Assembly (NCBI GenBank): GCA_038087875.1
Contig: JAXLNO010000462.1
Coordinates: 310,001-374,000, forward strand
Origin: Malacoraja senta
Taxonomy: Eukaryota
Length of the DNA stretch: 64,000 bases
Direction of reading: 5' to 3'
Positions 1 to 12,893 of this stretch are shown here, in pieces; the first letter of the stretch is position 1, and each line of letters begins with the position of its first letter. Position numbers and translations under genes: made by a program. Under the pieces are notes generated by a model. That model saw only the letters and a program-made list of their open reading frames with translations, was not told where the DNA came from and did not search any database.

Positions 1-960
1 AAGGAAAAAAAGAAAGGAAATAGAAAATGAGAGAGAGAAAGAAGAAGAAAGGAGGGAGAAAAGAGAAAATGAAGGAGAGAAAGGGGGAAGCAGAAAGAAA
101 GGGAAAAAGAAAATGAAGAGGGAGAGAAAGGGGAAAAGAAGAAAAGGGAAAAATGAAGGAAAAGAAAAGGAAGAGAGAAGGGGGGTAAAGAAAGGGGGAA
201 GAGGAAAGATAAAGAAAGGGGGAAGAGGAAAAAATGAAGGGAAAGATAAAGAAAGGGGGAAGAGGAAAAAGTGAAGGGAAAGATAAAGAAAGGGGGAAGA
301 GGAAAAAGTGAAGGGAAAGATAAAGAAAGGGGGAAGAGGAAAAAGTGAAGGGAAAGATAAAGAAAGGGGGAAGAGGAAAAAGTGAAGGGAAAGATAAAGA
401 AAGGGGGAAGAGGAAAAAGTGAAGGGAAAGATAAAGAAAGGGGGAAGAGGAAAAAGTGAAGGGAAAGATAAAGAAAGGGGGAAGAGGAAAAAGTGAAGGG
501 AAAAAAGAAAGGGGGAAGAGGGGAAGGAAACAGAAAGGGGGGAGGAAAGAAGAGAAAGGGGTGGAAAGAAGGCAGGGGGAAAAAGAGAGAAAGGGGAAAA
601 AGAAGAAAAGGCAAAGGGAAAGGGAGGAAGGAATAAAAGAAGGGTTGAGAAAGGAGGGAGGAGAGAGGAAGTAAAAAGAAAGGGAAGGAAATAAGAAAGT
701 GAGGAATTAAGGAAGGAAAATGAGAGGGAGAGCGAAGGAAGGGGAAAAGAAAGTGAGGGAAAGAGAGGACAGAGGGGAAGAAAGGAGGGGAGGGAGAGAA
801 AGGGAAGAGCGAAAGGAGGGGAGAGAGAAAAATGGAGGGAAGGAAAGGAGAGAGAAAAAAATGAAGGAAGGAAAGAGAGAGAAAGGAGGGAAGAGAAAGC
901 GAGAGAAGAGGAGGAGAGGGAGTTGGAGAGCGAGAGAAGGAAAAAGAAAGAGGAGGGAAA
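1..960. repeat. Polypurine (GA-rich) tract containing a 38-bp minisatellite (gaagaggaaaaagtgaagggaaagataaagaaaggggg, about 7 copies at ~220-500)
   Basis: Almost only A/G on the + strand; the unit is directly readable in tandem. Confidence 0.9.
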
Positions 961-2935
961 CCTGTCGTACTCGAATGGCCAGCTCCTGCACCTATTTTCT
1001 ATGTTTCTGTACCTGTCCAAGTGTTGTGATAGTCCCAGCCTCAACTACCTCCTCCGGCAGCTCATTCCATACACCCACCACCCACCGTGTGGAAAAGTTG
1101 CCCCTCAGATTCCTATTCAATTTTTCCCCACCTCCGCCTCTCTCACCTTAAACCCATGTCCTCGGGTCCTCAATTACCCTACTCTGGGCAAGAGACTCTG
1201 TGCGTCTACCCGATCTATTCCTCTGGTCATTTTGTACACTATAAGATCACCCCTCATCCTCCTGCGCTCCAAGGAATAGAGTCCCAGCCTGCCCCAACCT
1301 CTCCCTGTAGCTCAGACCCCTCGAATCCCGGCAACATCCTCGTAAATCTTCTCCGCGCCCTTTCAAAGCTCGACGACATCTTTCCTGTAACACGGTGCCC
1401 AGAACTGAACACAATACTCTAAATGTGGCCTCACCAACGCATTGTACAACTGCAACGTGACCTCATTGGAGCTAAGAAGAATGAAGGGGGACCTCATTGA
1501 AACGTCACTGAATAGTGAAAGGCCTGGATAGAGTGGATGTGGAGAGGATGTTTCCACTAATGGGAGAGGACCAGAGGGCACAGCCTCAGAATTAAAGGAC
1601 GTTCCTTTCGGAAGGAGATGAGGAGGAATTTCTTCTTCAGCCAGAGGGTGGTGAATCTGGGATTCATTGCCACAGACGGCGGTGGAGGCCACAAGTCAGT
1701 GGATATATTTAAGGCAGAGACAAATGTGTTCTATATCTCTCTACAGCGTCAAAATCTCTCCTTAACCCTCTCCCCTGACTCAGTCTGAAGAAGGTCTCGA
1801 CCCGAAACGTCACCCATTCCTCACCAGAGATGCCTGTCCCACTGAGTACCTCCAGCATTTTGTGTCTATCTAGATTCTCGATTGGTATGGGTGTCGGGTT
1901 ATAGCGAGAAGGCAGGAGAACGAGGTTAGGAGGGAGAGATAGATCAGCCATGATTGAATGGAGGAGTAGACTCGACGGGCCGAATGGCCTAATTCTGCTC
2001 CTAGAACTGACCTATTGAGTATAGGTCACGTTGCAGTTGTACAAGACTGTTGGTGAGGCCACATTTAGAGTATTGTGTTCAGTTCTAGGCACCGTGTTAC
2101 AGGAAAGATGTCGTCAAGCTGGAAAGGGCGCGGAGAAGATTTACGAGGATGTTGCCGGGACTCGAGGGGCCTGAGCTACAGGGAGAGGTTGGGGGCTCTA
2201 TTGCTTGGAGCGCAGGGAGGATGAGGGGTGATTTTATGGAGGTGTACAAATTCACCAGAGGAATAGATTGGGTAGACGCACAGAGTCCCTTGCCCAGAGT
2301 AGGGGAATCGAGGACCAGAGGAGATGGGTTTAAGGTGAGAGGGGGGTGGGGGAGGATTTAATAGGAACTTGAGGGGCAACTTAGGTTTGGAGGGATATGG
2401 ACCAAACACAGTTAGGATCTTAGAAACATAGAAAATAGGTGCAGGAGTAGGCCATTCGGCCCTTCAAGCCTGCACCGCCATTCAATATGATCATGGCTGA
2501 TCTTATAGAAACAGATAACATTCTTGGACTGGCTAGACGCAGGAAACGTTCCCGATGTTGAAGTCCAGAACTAGGATCCACACACAGTTTAAGAATAAGG
2601 GGTCGGCCATTTAGGACTGAGATGAGGAGAAACTTTTCCACCCAGAGAGTTGTGAATCTGGCCTTTTAGGACTGAGATGAAGAGAAACATTTCCACCCAG
2701 AGATTTGTAAATCTGGGATTCTCTGCCACAGAAGGCAGTGGAGGCCAATTCACTGGATGTTTTCAAGAGAGAGTTAGCTTTAGCTCTTGGGGCTAAGCGA
2801 AACAAGGGTTATGGGGAGAAGGCAGGAACGGGGTACCGATTGTGGATGATCAGCCATGATGATTATTGGATAGTAGTGCTGGCTCAAGGGGCTGAATGGC
2901 TGACTCCTGCACCTATTGTCTATGTTTCCATGACC
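961..2935. mobile_element. Cluster of short, decayed CR1 (HER1-like) LINE 3' fragments in both orientations
   Basis: Fragments translate to CR1 RT C-terminal motifs ([25 protein letters not shown]); recurrent 3' UTR ...gggccgaatggcctactcctgcacctattttctatg. Confidence 0.8.
1781..1870 (+). mobile_element. Short Penelope-derived repeat with hammerhead-like core
   Basis: ctgaagaaggtctcgacccgaaacgtc at 1785-1811 followed by the family tail gatgc...ctgagt...ccagcattttgtgtc. Confidence 0.7.
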
Positions 2936-2976
2936 TTATGCGGCATTTTTTTTCAATTTCTTCTCTTTTCCTCTAG

Positions 2977-3097
2977 CTGTGCCCATCTGCATTTGTGACT
3001 TGACTGCGGCCGTTTGTGAACTGAACTGTTGCTGTGACCCGGACTGTTCACCCGCTGATGTTGTCGTCTTCAAGGCCTGCCTGCCAGGCAGCGAACC
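2977..3097 (+). CDS. TCTN3: Tectonic-3-like exon A (first visible exon): [40 protein letters not shown]
   Basis: Pyrimidine tract+AG / GTAAG; Tectonic signature CxCDLxxxxCxxNCCCDxDC; 121 nt, phase 1 to 2. Confidence 0.93.
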
Positions 3098-3396
3098 GTA
3101 AGAATCCAGCACTGATAGAAGCAATAAAAGCTTTCAGTCAGTGGAAAGACTACACAGTCTGAAGAAACGTTCAGTTTAGTTTTAGGTTGGAGATGTGGCA
3201 TGGAAACAGGCCCTTCAGCCCACTGAGTCCGTGCCGACCAGCGATCGCACGTTCACACACTAGTTTAGTGTTGAGACTTCACCGAATAGTGGAAGGCCTG
3301 GATAGAGTGGATGTGGAGAGGATGTTTCCACTAGTGGGAGAGTCTAGGACCAGAGGTCACAGCCTCAGAATTAAAGGACGTTCCTTTAGGAAGGAG

Positions 3397-4662
3397 ATAC
3401 ATAGATACATAGAAAATAGGTGCAGGAGTAGGCCATTCGGCCCTTCGAGCCTGCACCGCCATTCAATATGATCATGGCTGATCATCCAACTCAGTATCCC
3501 GTACCTGCCTTCTCTCCATACCCCCTGATCCCTTTACCCACAAGGGCCACATCTAACTCCCTCTTAAATATAGCCAATGAACTGGCCTCAACTACCCTCT
3601 GTGGCAGAGAGTTCCAGAGATTCACCACTCTGTGTGAAAAAGTTTTTCCTCATCTCGGTCTTAAAGGATTTCCCCCTTATCCTTAAGCTGTGACCCCTTG
3701 TCCTGGACTTCCCCAACATCGGGAACAATCTTCCTGCATCTAGCCTGTCCAACCCCATAAGAATTTTGTACGTTTCTATAAGATCCCCTCTCAATCTCCT
3801 AAATTCTAGCGAGTATAAGCCAAGTCTATCCAGTCTTTCTTCATATGAAAGTCCTGACATCCCAGGAATCAGTCTGGTGAACCTTCTCTGCACTCCCTCT
3901 ATGGCTATAATGTCCTTCCTCAAATTTGGAGACCAAAACTGTACGCAATACTCCAGGTGTGGTCTCACCAAGACCCTGTACAACTGCAGTAGTACCTCCC
4001 TGCTCCTATACTCAAATCCTCTTGCTATGAAGGCCAACATACCATTCGCTTTCTTCACTGCCTGCTGCACCTGCATGCCTACTTTCAATGACTGGTGTAC
4101 CATGACACCCAGGTCTCGCGCACCTCCCCATTTCTTAATCGGCCACCATTTAGATAATAGTCTGCCCTTCCCGTTTTTGCCACCAAAGTGGATAACCTCA
4201 CATTTATCCACATTATACTGCATCTGCCAAACATTTGCCCACTCACCCAGCCTATCCAAGTCACCTTGCAGTCTCCTAGCATCCTCCTCACAGCTAACAC
4301 TGCCCCCCAGCTTAGTGTCATCCGCAAACTTGGAGATGTTGCTTTCAATTCCCTCGTCCAGATCATTAATATAAATTGTAAATAGCTGGGGTCCCAGCAC
4401 TGAGCCTTGCGGTACCCCACTAGTCACTGCCTGCCATTCTGAAAAGGACCCGTTTACTCCTACTCTTTGCTTCCTGTTTGCCAGCCAGTTCTCTCCACAT
4501 CAATACTGAACCCCCAATACCGTGTGATTTAAGTTTGTATCCTAATCCCTTATGTGGTACCTTGTCGAAAGCCTTCTGAAAGTCCAGATACAACACATCC
4601 ACTAGTTCTCCCCTATCCACTCTACTAGTTACATCCTCGAAAAATTCTATAAGATTCGTCAG
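3397..4662 (-). mobile_element. CR1 LINE, 5'-truncated (RT C-half and 3' UTR)
   Basis: ORF 3588-4427 has [11 protein letters not shown] and FADD; (atagatac)n tail. Confidence 0.92.
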
Positions 4663-5177
4663 GAATTTCTGAGGAGGAATTTCTTTAGCCAGAGGGTGGT
4701 GAATCTATGGGATTCGTTGCCACAGACGGCAGTGGAGGCCACAAGTCAGTGGATATATTTAAGGTAGAGATAGATAGATTGTTGATTAGAACCAGGGACT
4801 TGGGGTCAGGGGAGGAGGAGAGGCAGAGCCTCACCTGTCATACTCCCAATGAAAATAGCTGTTTAGAAAAGTAAAGAAAAATAATAATAAAATAAAATAA
4901 ATATAAAGATTTTTCCACTGATCTGTGTTATAAATGTCATTTCTATATGAATTCAATCATTTTTTATCTTCAAAATTGCCAAATTTTCGCAGCACCGCTG
5001 CAAATACAGGGATAGATGAGAGGTGAGGCAGCGACGAGCTGAGCCTCCCCTCTGATTGGGCAACCCCTCAGAGCGCGGGCAATAAGCGTGTGCCTGTTAC
5101 TATCTCTATGTATGTCACCAATGTAATGTTTGTAAACCCCTTCATTACATGTCCTCACCTTCCATAGTCCAGGTCCA

Positions 5178-5610
5178 TAGTCGTAGTTCCTAATTTGAGG
5201 AAGGACATCCTTGTGATTGAGGCAGTGCAACGTAGGTTCACGAGATTGATCCCTCGGTTGGCGGAACTGTCATATGAGGAAAGATTGAATAGACTAGGCT
5301 TGTATTCACTGGAGTTTAGACGGATGAGGGGGCATCTTATAGAAACATATAAAATTATAAAAGGACTGGACAAGCTAGATGCTGGAAAAATGTTCCCAAT
5401 GTTGGGCCACAGTCTTAGAATAAAGGGGAGGTCATTTAAGACTGAGGTGAGAAAAAACATTTTCAACCAGAGAGTTGTAAATTTATGGAATATGGGGAGA
5501 AGGCAGGCACGGGTTATTGATAGGGGACGATCAGCCATGATCACAATGAATGGCGGTGCAGGCTCGAAGGGCCGAATGGCCTCCTGCACCTATTTTCTAT
5601 GTTTCTATGT
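5178..5610 (+). mobile_element. CR1 LINE 3' fragment
   Basis: [19 protein letters not shown]; ttctatg tail. Confidence 0.85.
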
Positions 5611-7220
5611 AGCTTATTTCCCATATAAATATATTCAACTTAGGCTCGTTGGTCTCTTCATAAAACTGCAATGAGAAAGCACCAGGGGAGGCAGCGATCA
5701 CGTCTGCCACACAAGGGTGTGTGTCTTGAGCCCAGTAGAGGGAGAGCAAGTGTCAATTACTGTCGAGGCTGACGTAATTGACGCTGCCTCACTCTGCCTC
5801 CACGTTAGCGAGTTTCAGCAGCGGCGGCGCTGACTGGTAGGTTGATTCATTGATTTGTAGCGGCCGATTCGGAGGCTCTAGGCCGCTGAGAGCTCCCAAT
5901 TGGGCCCCACGCTGGAGTAATGTACTCGGCTCGGGACCCCAGCATCCACTCCCGTCGCCGGCCATCTCCCTCCCTTCCCTCCCCTTTTCTCCTTCCCTCC
6001 CTCCTTCCTCTCTCTCTTTTCCCTCCCTTCTTTCTCTCCTTCCCTCCTACCCTTCTTTCTCTACTTCCCTCCCTCCCTTCTCTCCTTCCCCCCTTCTCTC
6101 CCTCCCTCCCTTCTCTCCTTTCCTCCCAGACACATCATGCACACACAACTAACACACACACATAACTACAGGGCTCGAAATTAGCGGTTGCCCGGGTGCC
6201 ACTGACCACTCAAAGCGCCGCCGGGCAACCTAAACACCGAGTCATTTTGCCCGGCTTGGCAACCAGATACTGGTTTGTACCGAAGATAGACACAAAAAAC
6301 GGGTCAGGCAGCATCTCTGGAGAAAAGGAACGCAACGTTTCGTGTCGGCAGTGGCTGTGCGGGGCAAAGATACTAGGTGCGGGGTGACGAAGGGTCGGAG
6401 CGAATGACGGGCCCCGAACAGCGGCAGCAGCGGCCGCGACAGCGGCTCCATCTCCTCCTCCTCCCGCCCGCCCTGACAAGGTCCTCTGCTTGTAAATCCG
6501 CTAACCGCGCTTTCAAAACAAACCCGTACTCTGAGGCCGGGAGGAGGGAGGGGGGGGAGGCCTCGGCGTGCGGGAGGGTTTGTTTTGCGTCATTACCGGA
6601 TTTACAAGCAGAGGCCCTTATCAGGGCGGGAGGTGGAGGAGGTGGAGCCACTGTCGCCGCCGCTGCTGCCACTGTTCGGGGCCCGTCATTCGTCTGAAGC
6701 AGCTGCACCAAAGAACTTATAGCTATAGGATCCCTGAGCTGCACCGCCCGGCCCCGCACCTTGCTGTTGGCTGGCGGAGGAGGGAGGCAGTGGCGAGGAG
6801 TTCCCAACGGCCAAGGCAACGGGGCGATGTTCGAGGAGCGCTGACCTTCCTTCCTCCCCACCCCTCTCCCTCTCTCTTTCTTTACGCCCCCTCCACCCCA
6901 TTATCCTGGGACCCCTCCACTCCATTTCGCACTGATCCCCATTCCCGCCTCTATTCAGTCCTCACTGACATCCCCTGTGCTCCCCTCCACATCTACCCCC
7001 CCCCCCAATCTATTCATCCTGCGCTGATCACCCTATCCACCTCGCATTGATTCTCCTGCCACCCCCCTCCCCCCCCCCATCCATCCTACACTGGTTCCCC
7101 AATTCACCCTGTACTTACCCCTTTCCCATCCATCCTGCACTTCTCCTCCATCCATCCTGTACTGATCCCCCATCCATCCTGTACTAATCCACGCATTCAT
7201 CCCATACTGACCCACCCTCC

Positions 7221-8184
7221 ATTAATGATTTGGACGAGGGAATTGAATGCAACATCTTCAAGTTTGCGGATGACACGAACCTGGGGGGCAGTGTTAGCTG
7301 TGAGGAGGGTGCTAGGAGGCTGCAAGATGACTTGGATAGGCTGGGTGAGTGGGCAAATGCATGGCAGATGTAGTATAATGTGGATAAATGTGAGGTTATC
7401 CACTTTTGTGGCAAAAACAGGAAAGTAGACTATTACCTGAATGGTGGCCAATTAGGAAAAGGGGAGATGCAACGAGACCTGGGTGTCATGGTACACCAGT
7501 CATTGAAAGTAGGCATGCAGGTGCAGCAGGCAGTGAAGAAAGCGAATGGTATGTTAGCATTTATAGCAAAAGGATTTGAGTATAGGAGCAGGGAGGTTCT
7601 ACTGCAGTTGTACAGGGTCTTGGTGAGACCACACCTGGAGTATTGCGTACAGTTTTGGTCTCCTAATCTGAGGAAGGACATTCTTGCCATAGAGGGAGTA
7701 CAGAGAAGGTTCACCAGACTGATTCCTGGGATGTCAGGACTTTCATATGAGGAAAGACTGGATAGACTCGGCTTGTACTCGCTGGAATTTAGAAGATTGA
7801 GGGGGGATCTTATAGAAACTTACAAAATTCTTAAGGGGTTGGACAGGCTAGATGCAGGAAGATTGTTCATGATGTTGGGGAAGTCCAGAACAAGGGGTCA
7901 CAGTTTAAGGATAAAGGGGAAATCTTTTAGGACTGAGATGAGAAAAACATTTTTTACACAGAGAGGTGAATCTCTGGAATTCTCTGCCACAGAATGTAGT
8001 TGAGGCCAGTTCATTGGCTCTATTTAAGAGTGAGTTAGATGTGGTCCTTGTGGCTAAAGGGATCAGGGGCTATGGAGAGAAAGCAGGTACGAGATACTGA
8101 GTTGGATGATCTGCCATGATCGTATTGAATGGCGGTGCAGGCTCGAAGGGCCAAATGGCCTATTCCTGCACCTATTTTCTATGT
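7221..8184 (+). mobile_element. CR1 LINE 3' fragment nested in DNA transposon copy 1
   Basis: ORF 7380-8003 is CR1 RT C-terminus; absent from copy 2. Confidence 0.9.
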
Positions 8185-8421
8185 ACCATGCACCTTCCCC
8201 CTTCCCCTCATTCATCCTGTATTAATCAACGCATTCATCCCGTACTAACCCACCCTCCATTTACCCTGCACCTTCCCCTCATTCATCCTGTAGTGATCCC
8301 CCATTCATTCTGTACAGACCCTCCGATCCACACTGTACTGACCCCCCCCCCCCATTCATCCTGCGCTGATCTCCCCCCCCATCCATCCTGTACTGATCCA
8401 TTCAAGAAGAATGGGGGGAAG

Positions 8422-8515
8422 AGTCTGAAGAAGGGTCTCGACCCGAAACGTTGCCTATTTCCTTCGCTCCATAGATGCTGCCTCACCCGCTGAGTTTCTC
8501 CAGCACTTTTGTCTA
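8422..8515 (+). mobile_element. Hammerhead-core Penelope-derived short repeat, also at the equivalent position in copy 2 (19331-19425)
   Basis: ctgaagaagggtctcgacccgaaacgtt at 8425-8452. Confidence 0.8.
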
Positions 8516-8729
8516 ACCCCATCCATCCCGTACTGAACTCCGCCATTCAACACCACTGACCTACCCTGTGCTCTCCCCTCACAATTTTACCTACTCCAAC
8601 CAACACGTACTAATTCACCTGCCTCAATCCATCCATTCTGTACCGACTGCCTTCTAACCACCCCCCCCCATCCCCGCTATCTATCCACCCCGCACTGATT
8701 CACACACACCCCCCTCCCTTACCCTATTG

Positions 8730-11700
8730 TTTTTGTTGTTTTTTTTAATATTTTTTTATTATTGGAGATAAGTACACAATTTATTTACATCATTACAGTC
8801 TAACATTTTTAAATTGATAATATTGTCAATTATTATTACATTGTCTCCAATACCTTTTGCCTTTTTTTTTTAAACTAGATAGAACTAAAGAGATAGATGA
8901 AGTAAAGAAAGAAAAGAAAGAGAAGAAGAATTAAAAAAAAAAATTTTTTTAAAACAGAAAAAAAAAAAAAAGAGAAAATAGTTAAAGAAGAATGGAAAAA
9001 CTTCATTCGAGATATATTCGTACATTTCAGAGTATAGCATTTCATCCATTCTTTAGCCCGAGTGCTAGTCAGGTTCCTGTGCTGAACTATTCTGACCCTT
9101 TAAGTAATCAATAAAAGGAGACCATGTTCCTACGAATAATTCCTGTTTGTCCAACAGGGAAAATCTGATTCTTTCCACGTTTAAGGTCTCCGTCATTTCT
9201 ATAATCCACATTTTGATTGTGGGGGCCGTAGGGCCTTTCCAAAATTTTAGAATTAATTTTTTTCCTGTTATTAAACTATAATCAATAAAGTTTCTTTGTG
9301 TTGTTCTAAATGTTTGATTTAATTCTAATATTCCGAGTATTATTAATTTTGGATCTGGGTCCAATTGTGTGCCGGTTACTTTAGATATTATACTGAAAAT
9401 ATTTACCCAGAATGTTTTAATTTTTATACAGTTTGCAAACATATGAGATAATGTAGCTTCTAAGTGTTGACATTTATCACATATAGGTGAGATATGTTGA
9501 AAAATTTTATGTAGTTTTGTTTTTGAATAATGTAACCTATGTATTACTTTAAATTGTATTAGAGAATGTCTGGCGTTTAGTGAGCACTGATGTATGTGTT
9601 GCAAACTTTCTTCCCAAGTATCTTTCGTTATTACTTGATTTAATTCTTTTTCCCATGTTTGTCTGTGTAATTCCGTCGAAGGAATGTCACTGTCTAATAA
9701 GATATTATATATATAAGATATTAATTTTTCTGTATTAGGATGTTTGTTCCAACATTCATCAAAAATTTCTGAATTTCTAAATCGAAAATTTTGAGAGTTC
9801 GATTTTACATAATCTCTAAGTTGAAGATATCTGAAATAATCATTTCCTCGAAGTCCATAAGTCTGTTGCAACTCCTGAAATGTCAGAAAGGTGCCTTCCT
9901 TATAAGTTGTCCCATATTTTTAATTCCATAATTCTTCCATTGTGTAAAACCCCCGTCCAACCATGAAGGCTTAAACAAAGGGTTATTCACAATTGGAAGA
10001 AAAAGTGATAAATTATCTAATTTTAATGTCTTTTTTAATTGTTTCCAAATTCGTATAGCACTAAATATTATAGGGTTTTCCCTATAAATGTTTTTGTTTA
10101 ATTTAGACGTAGCAAATAATATCGAACCGATATCAAAAGGTAAACAATCTTCCTTTTCCATTTTTAACCAGTCTGGTTGATGATCTATTTCTTCCAACCA
10201 GAAATTCATATTTTTAATATTAACAGCCCAGAAATAAAACAAAAAGTTGGGTAAAACCAAGCCTCCATTTATTTTTGATTTACACAAGTGTCTTTTGTTT
10301 ATCCTATGATTCTTATAATCCCAGATAAAATCATTAACAATAGAGTCCAGTTTTTTAAAAAAGTTTTTTGTCAGATATATCGGAATTGTCTGAAAAAGGT
10401 ATAATATTTGCGGTAAAAAAATCATTTTTATAGCATTAATTTTGCCAACCATTGAGATAGGAAGTGTTTTCCAGTATTGAATATTCTTATGTAGTTTGTT
10501 CAGTAATGGGGGAAAATTTGCTTTAAATAATGATGTATATCTCTTAGTTATATAAATACCTAGATATTTAAATTTTTCATTTACTATTTTAAATGGAAAT
10601 TGTTGTATTATCTGTTTGTTATGTTCCCTTATTGGCATAATTTCACTTTTATTCCAATTTATTCTGTATCCTGAAAGTGAACCAAATTGGGTTATTAGCT
10701 TTAATAAGTTTGGAATACTAATGTCTGGTTTTGTAATGTAAATTAATACATCATCTGCGTATAGAGAAATTTTATTCACTGTGTCCTTTGTGTTATACCC
10801 ATGTATTTCCGGATGCCCCCTAACTCTTTCTGCCAGTGGCTCAATAGCAAGCGCAAATAATAATGGAGATAACGGGCATCCTTGTCTACAACCTCTAGAT
10901 AGGCTAAATTTAGATGACAACCTTTGGTTTGTAAGTATTCTAGCCGTGGGATTTGTATATAACAGTTTTATCCATGTACAGAATTTCTCCCCTAGCTGCA
11001 TATTTTCCATCACCGAAAATAAATAAGACCATTCCACCTGATCAAATGCTTTTTCAGCGTCAAGTGAGATTATTGCTAGATCTTCGTTAATAATTCTCTT
11101 GGAATATATAATATTAAATAATCTTCTTAGATTATAATATGAATACCGTTTCTGAATAAAGCCTGTTTGGTCAGGGTGTATTAATTTATTCATCACTGTA
11201 CTTAATCTATGCGCTAGTATTTTAGTTAATATTTTCTGATCTGTATTTAAAAGTGCAATTGCTCTGTATGATCCCGGGTCTTCCGGATCTTTATCAGCTT
11301 TAGGAATAAGTGTTATTATAGATTCATTTAAAGTGTCTGGAAGTTTCTGTTGAGTATAGATATATTCATACAGTCTTTGTAAACGTGGGCAAAGCAAATC
11401 ATAAAATTTTATATAAAATTCGGAGCCTAAACCATCTGGTCCTACTGCTTTACCATTTTTTAAAGAACCAATAGACTCTTCAATATCCTTTATCGTAATC
11501 TCCCTTTCTAATAATTCTCTATCGTTTGAATCTAAACCTTTTAAATTACATTTTAGTAAAAAATCTGCTATTCCTTCTGGTTGTGCTACTGTTTTAGTTG
11601 AATAAAGGTTATAATAGTATTGGAGAAATCTATCATTTATGTCCTTGGGCATTTTTAATAATTCTCCTGTCTCTGTTCTAATTTTATGAATTATTTTTTC

Positions 11701-12590
11701 CCCTTCCATTTTTCGTAACTGACGTGCTAATAGTTTTTGTGGTTTGTCTCCAAATTCAAAATGTAATTGTTTGTTTTTTTGATAAAGTTTTATTACTTGT
11801 TCTGAATACATTTTATTTAATTTATATTTCAATACAACAATTTTATTATGTTTTAAAGTAGATGGCATTCTCGCATTTTCTATATCTAGTTGCTTGATTT
11901 CACTTTCCAATGTTTGTTGCTTAATCCTGTTCTCTTTATTATAAAATGCTTGAGCAGAAATTAATGTACCTCGAACATACGCTTTAAACGTTTCCCACAT
12001 AAGAGAAGTAGGTGTGTCAGGGTTGTCATTTACCTCAAAAAATATTTGAATCTGTTTAATAATATATTCCTGGCATGATCTTTCATTCAAAATTTGTGGG
12101 TTAAATCTCCAATATGTTTGTTTCTCGGACATTCCATTTAATTTAATCATGAATGTTACAGGTGCGTGATCTGAGATTATAATGTTATGGTATTTTAAAT
12201 TATAAATAAATGGGATAAACGTAGAGTCAACTAAAAAATAATCTATTCTTGAGTATGTTTTATGTACTGGTGAGTAAAATGAATATTCCCGTCCAGTTGG
12301 GTTTTCTATTCTCCAGACATCCTTAATATTAGAGGTATTAATAAATGAATTTAGAAATGCACTTGATTGGGATTTTACTTTTTTTGCCTTGATGATCTAT
12401 CTAAGTATGAATCTAATGTGCAATTGAAGTCTCCTCCAATTATTAATTTATATTGTGTAAATTCTGGAATTTTATTAAATGTTTTATTAAAAAAACATGG
12501 GGTTATCAAAATTAGGCCCATATACATTCAGAAGAATCACTTTTTCTCCATTTAACTCTCCAACTAGTATAATATATCTACCATCAATAT
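8730..12590 (-). mobile_element. L1-clade LINE, 5'-truncated inside the APE endonuclease; ORF2 largely intact with frameshift(s)
   Basis: ORFs 9883-12150 (GPDG, DAEKAFD, GCRQGCPLSPLLF, YADD) and 9065-9871 (C-terminal CDKC...HMFANC); GRYII/NVYGPN/GGDFN motifs near 12430-12590; A-rich tail reads as a T-run at 8730-8760. Confidence 0.93.
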
Positions 12591-12893
12591 CCAACCAGCA
12601 CGTACTAATTCACCGGCCTCAATCCACCCATTCTGCACCGACTGCCTTCTAATCCCACCCCCGCCATCTATCCACCCCGCACTGATTCACACACACCCCC
12701 CTCCCTGACCCTATTGTGCTGGAAATGTCTTCAGAGCGAACATTGACTATGTTTGATAATGGAATGCAATCAAATGTGTTTTAATTCCCAATGTTATTAT
12801 TTGTTTTAATTCATAAAGATGGACTAATTAAATTGTGAACACGTGAAACATTAAAACCGCAGTGTTCGATTGTCACTGCTGCCGTTGACACGT

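Noticed and set aside
220..500. 38-bp repeats resembling a CRISPR array
   Set aside because: Head-to-tail with no unique spacers, no cas genes, eukaryotic context
456..1151. K/E/R/G-rich ORFs and their L/S/P-rich antisense ORFs (also 22817-23420, 40217-41266, 48768-49486, 52274-53451)
   Set aside because: Translations of GA/CT low-complexity tracts; only the embedded exon segments are real
4793..5836. Possible MITE with gaggcag/ctgcctc subterminal motifs
   Set aside because: Could not define matching TIRs or a TSD
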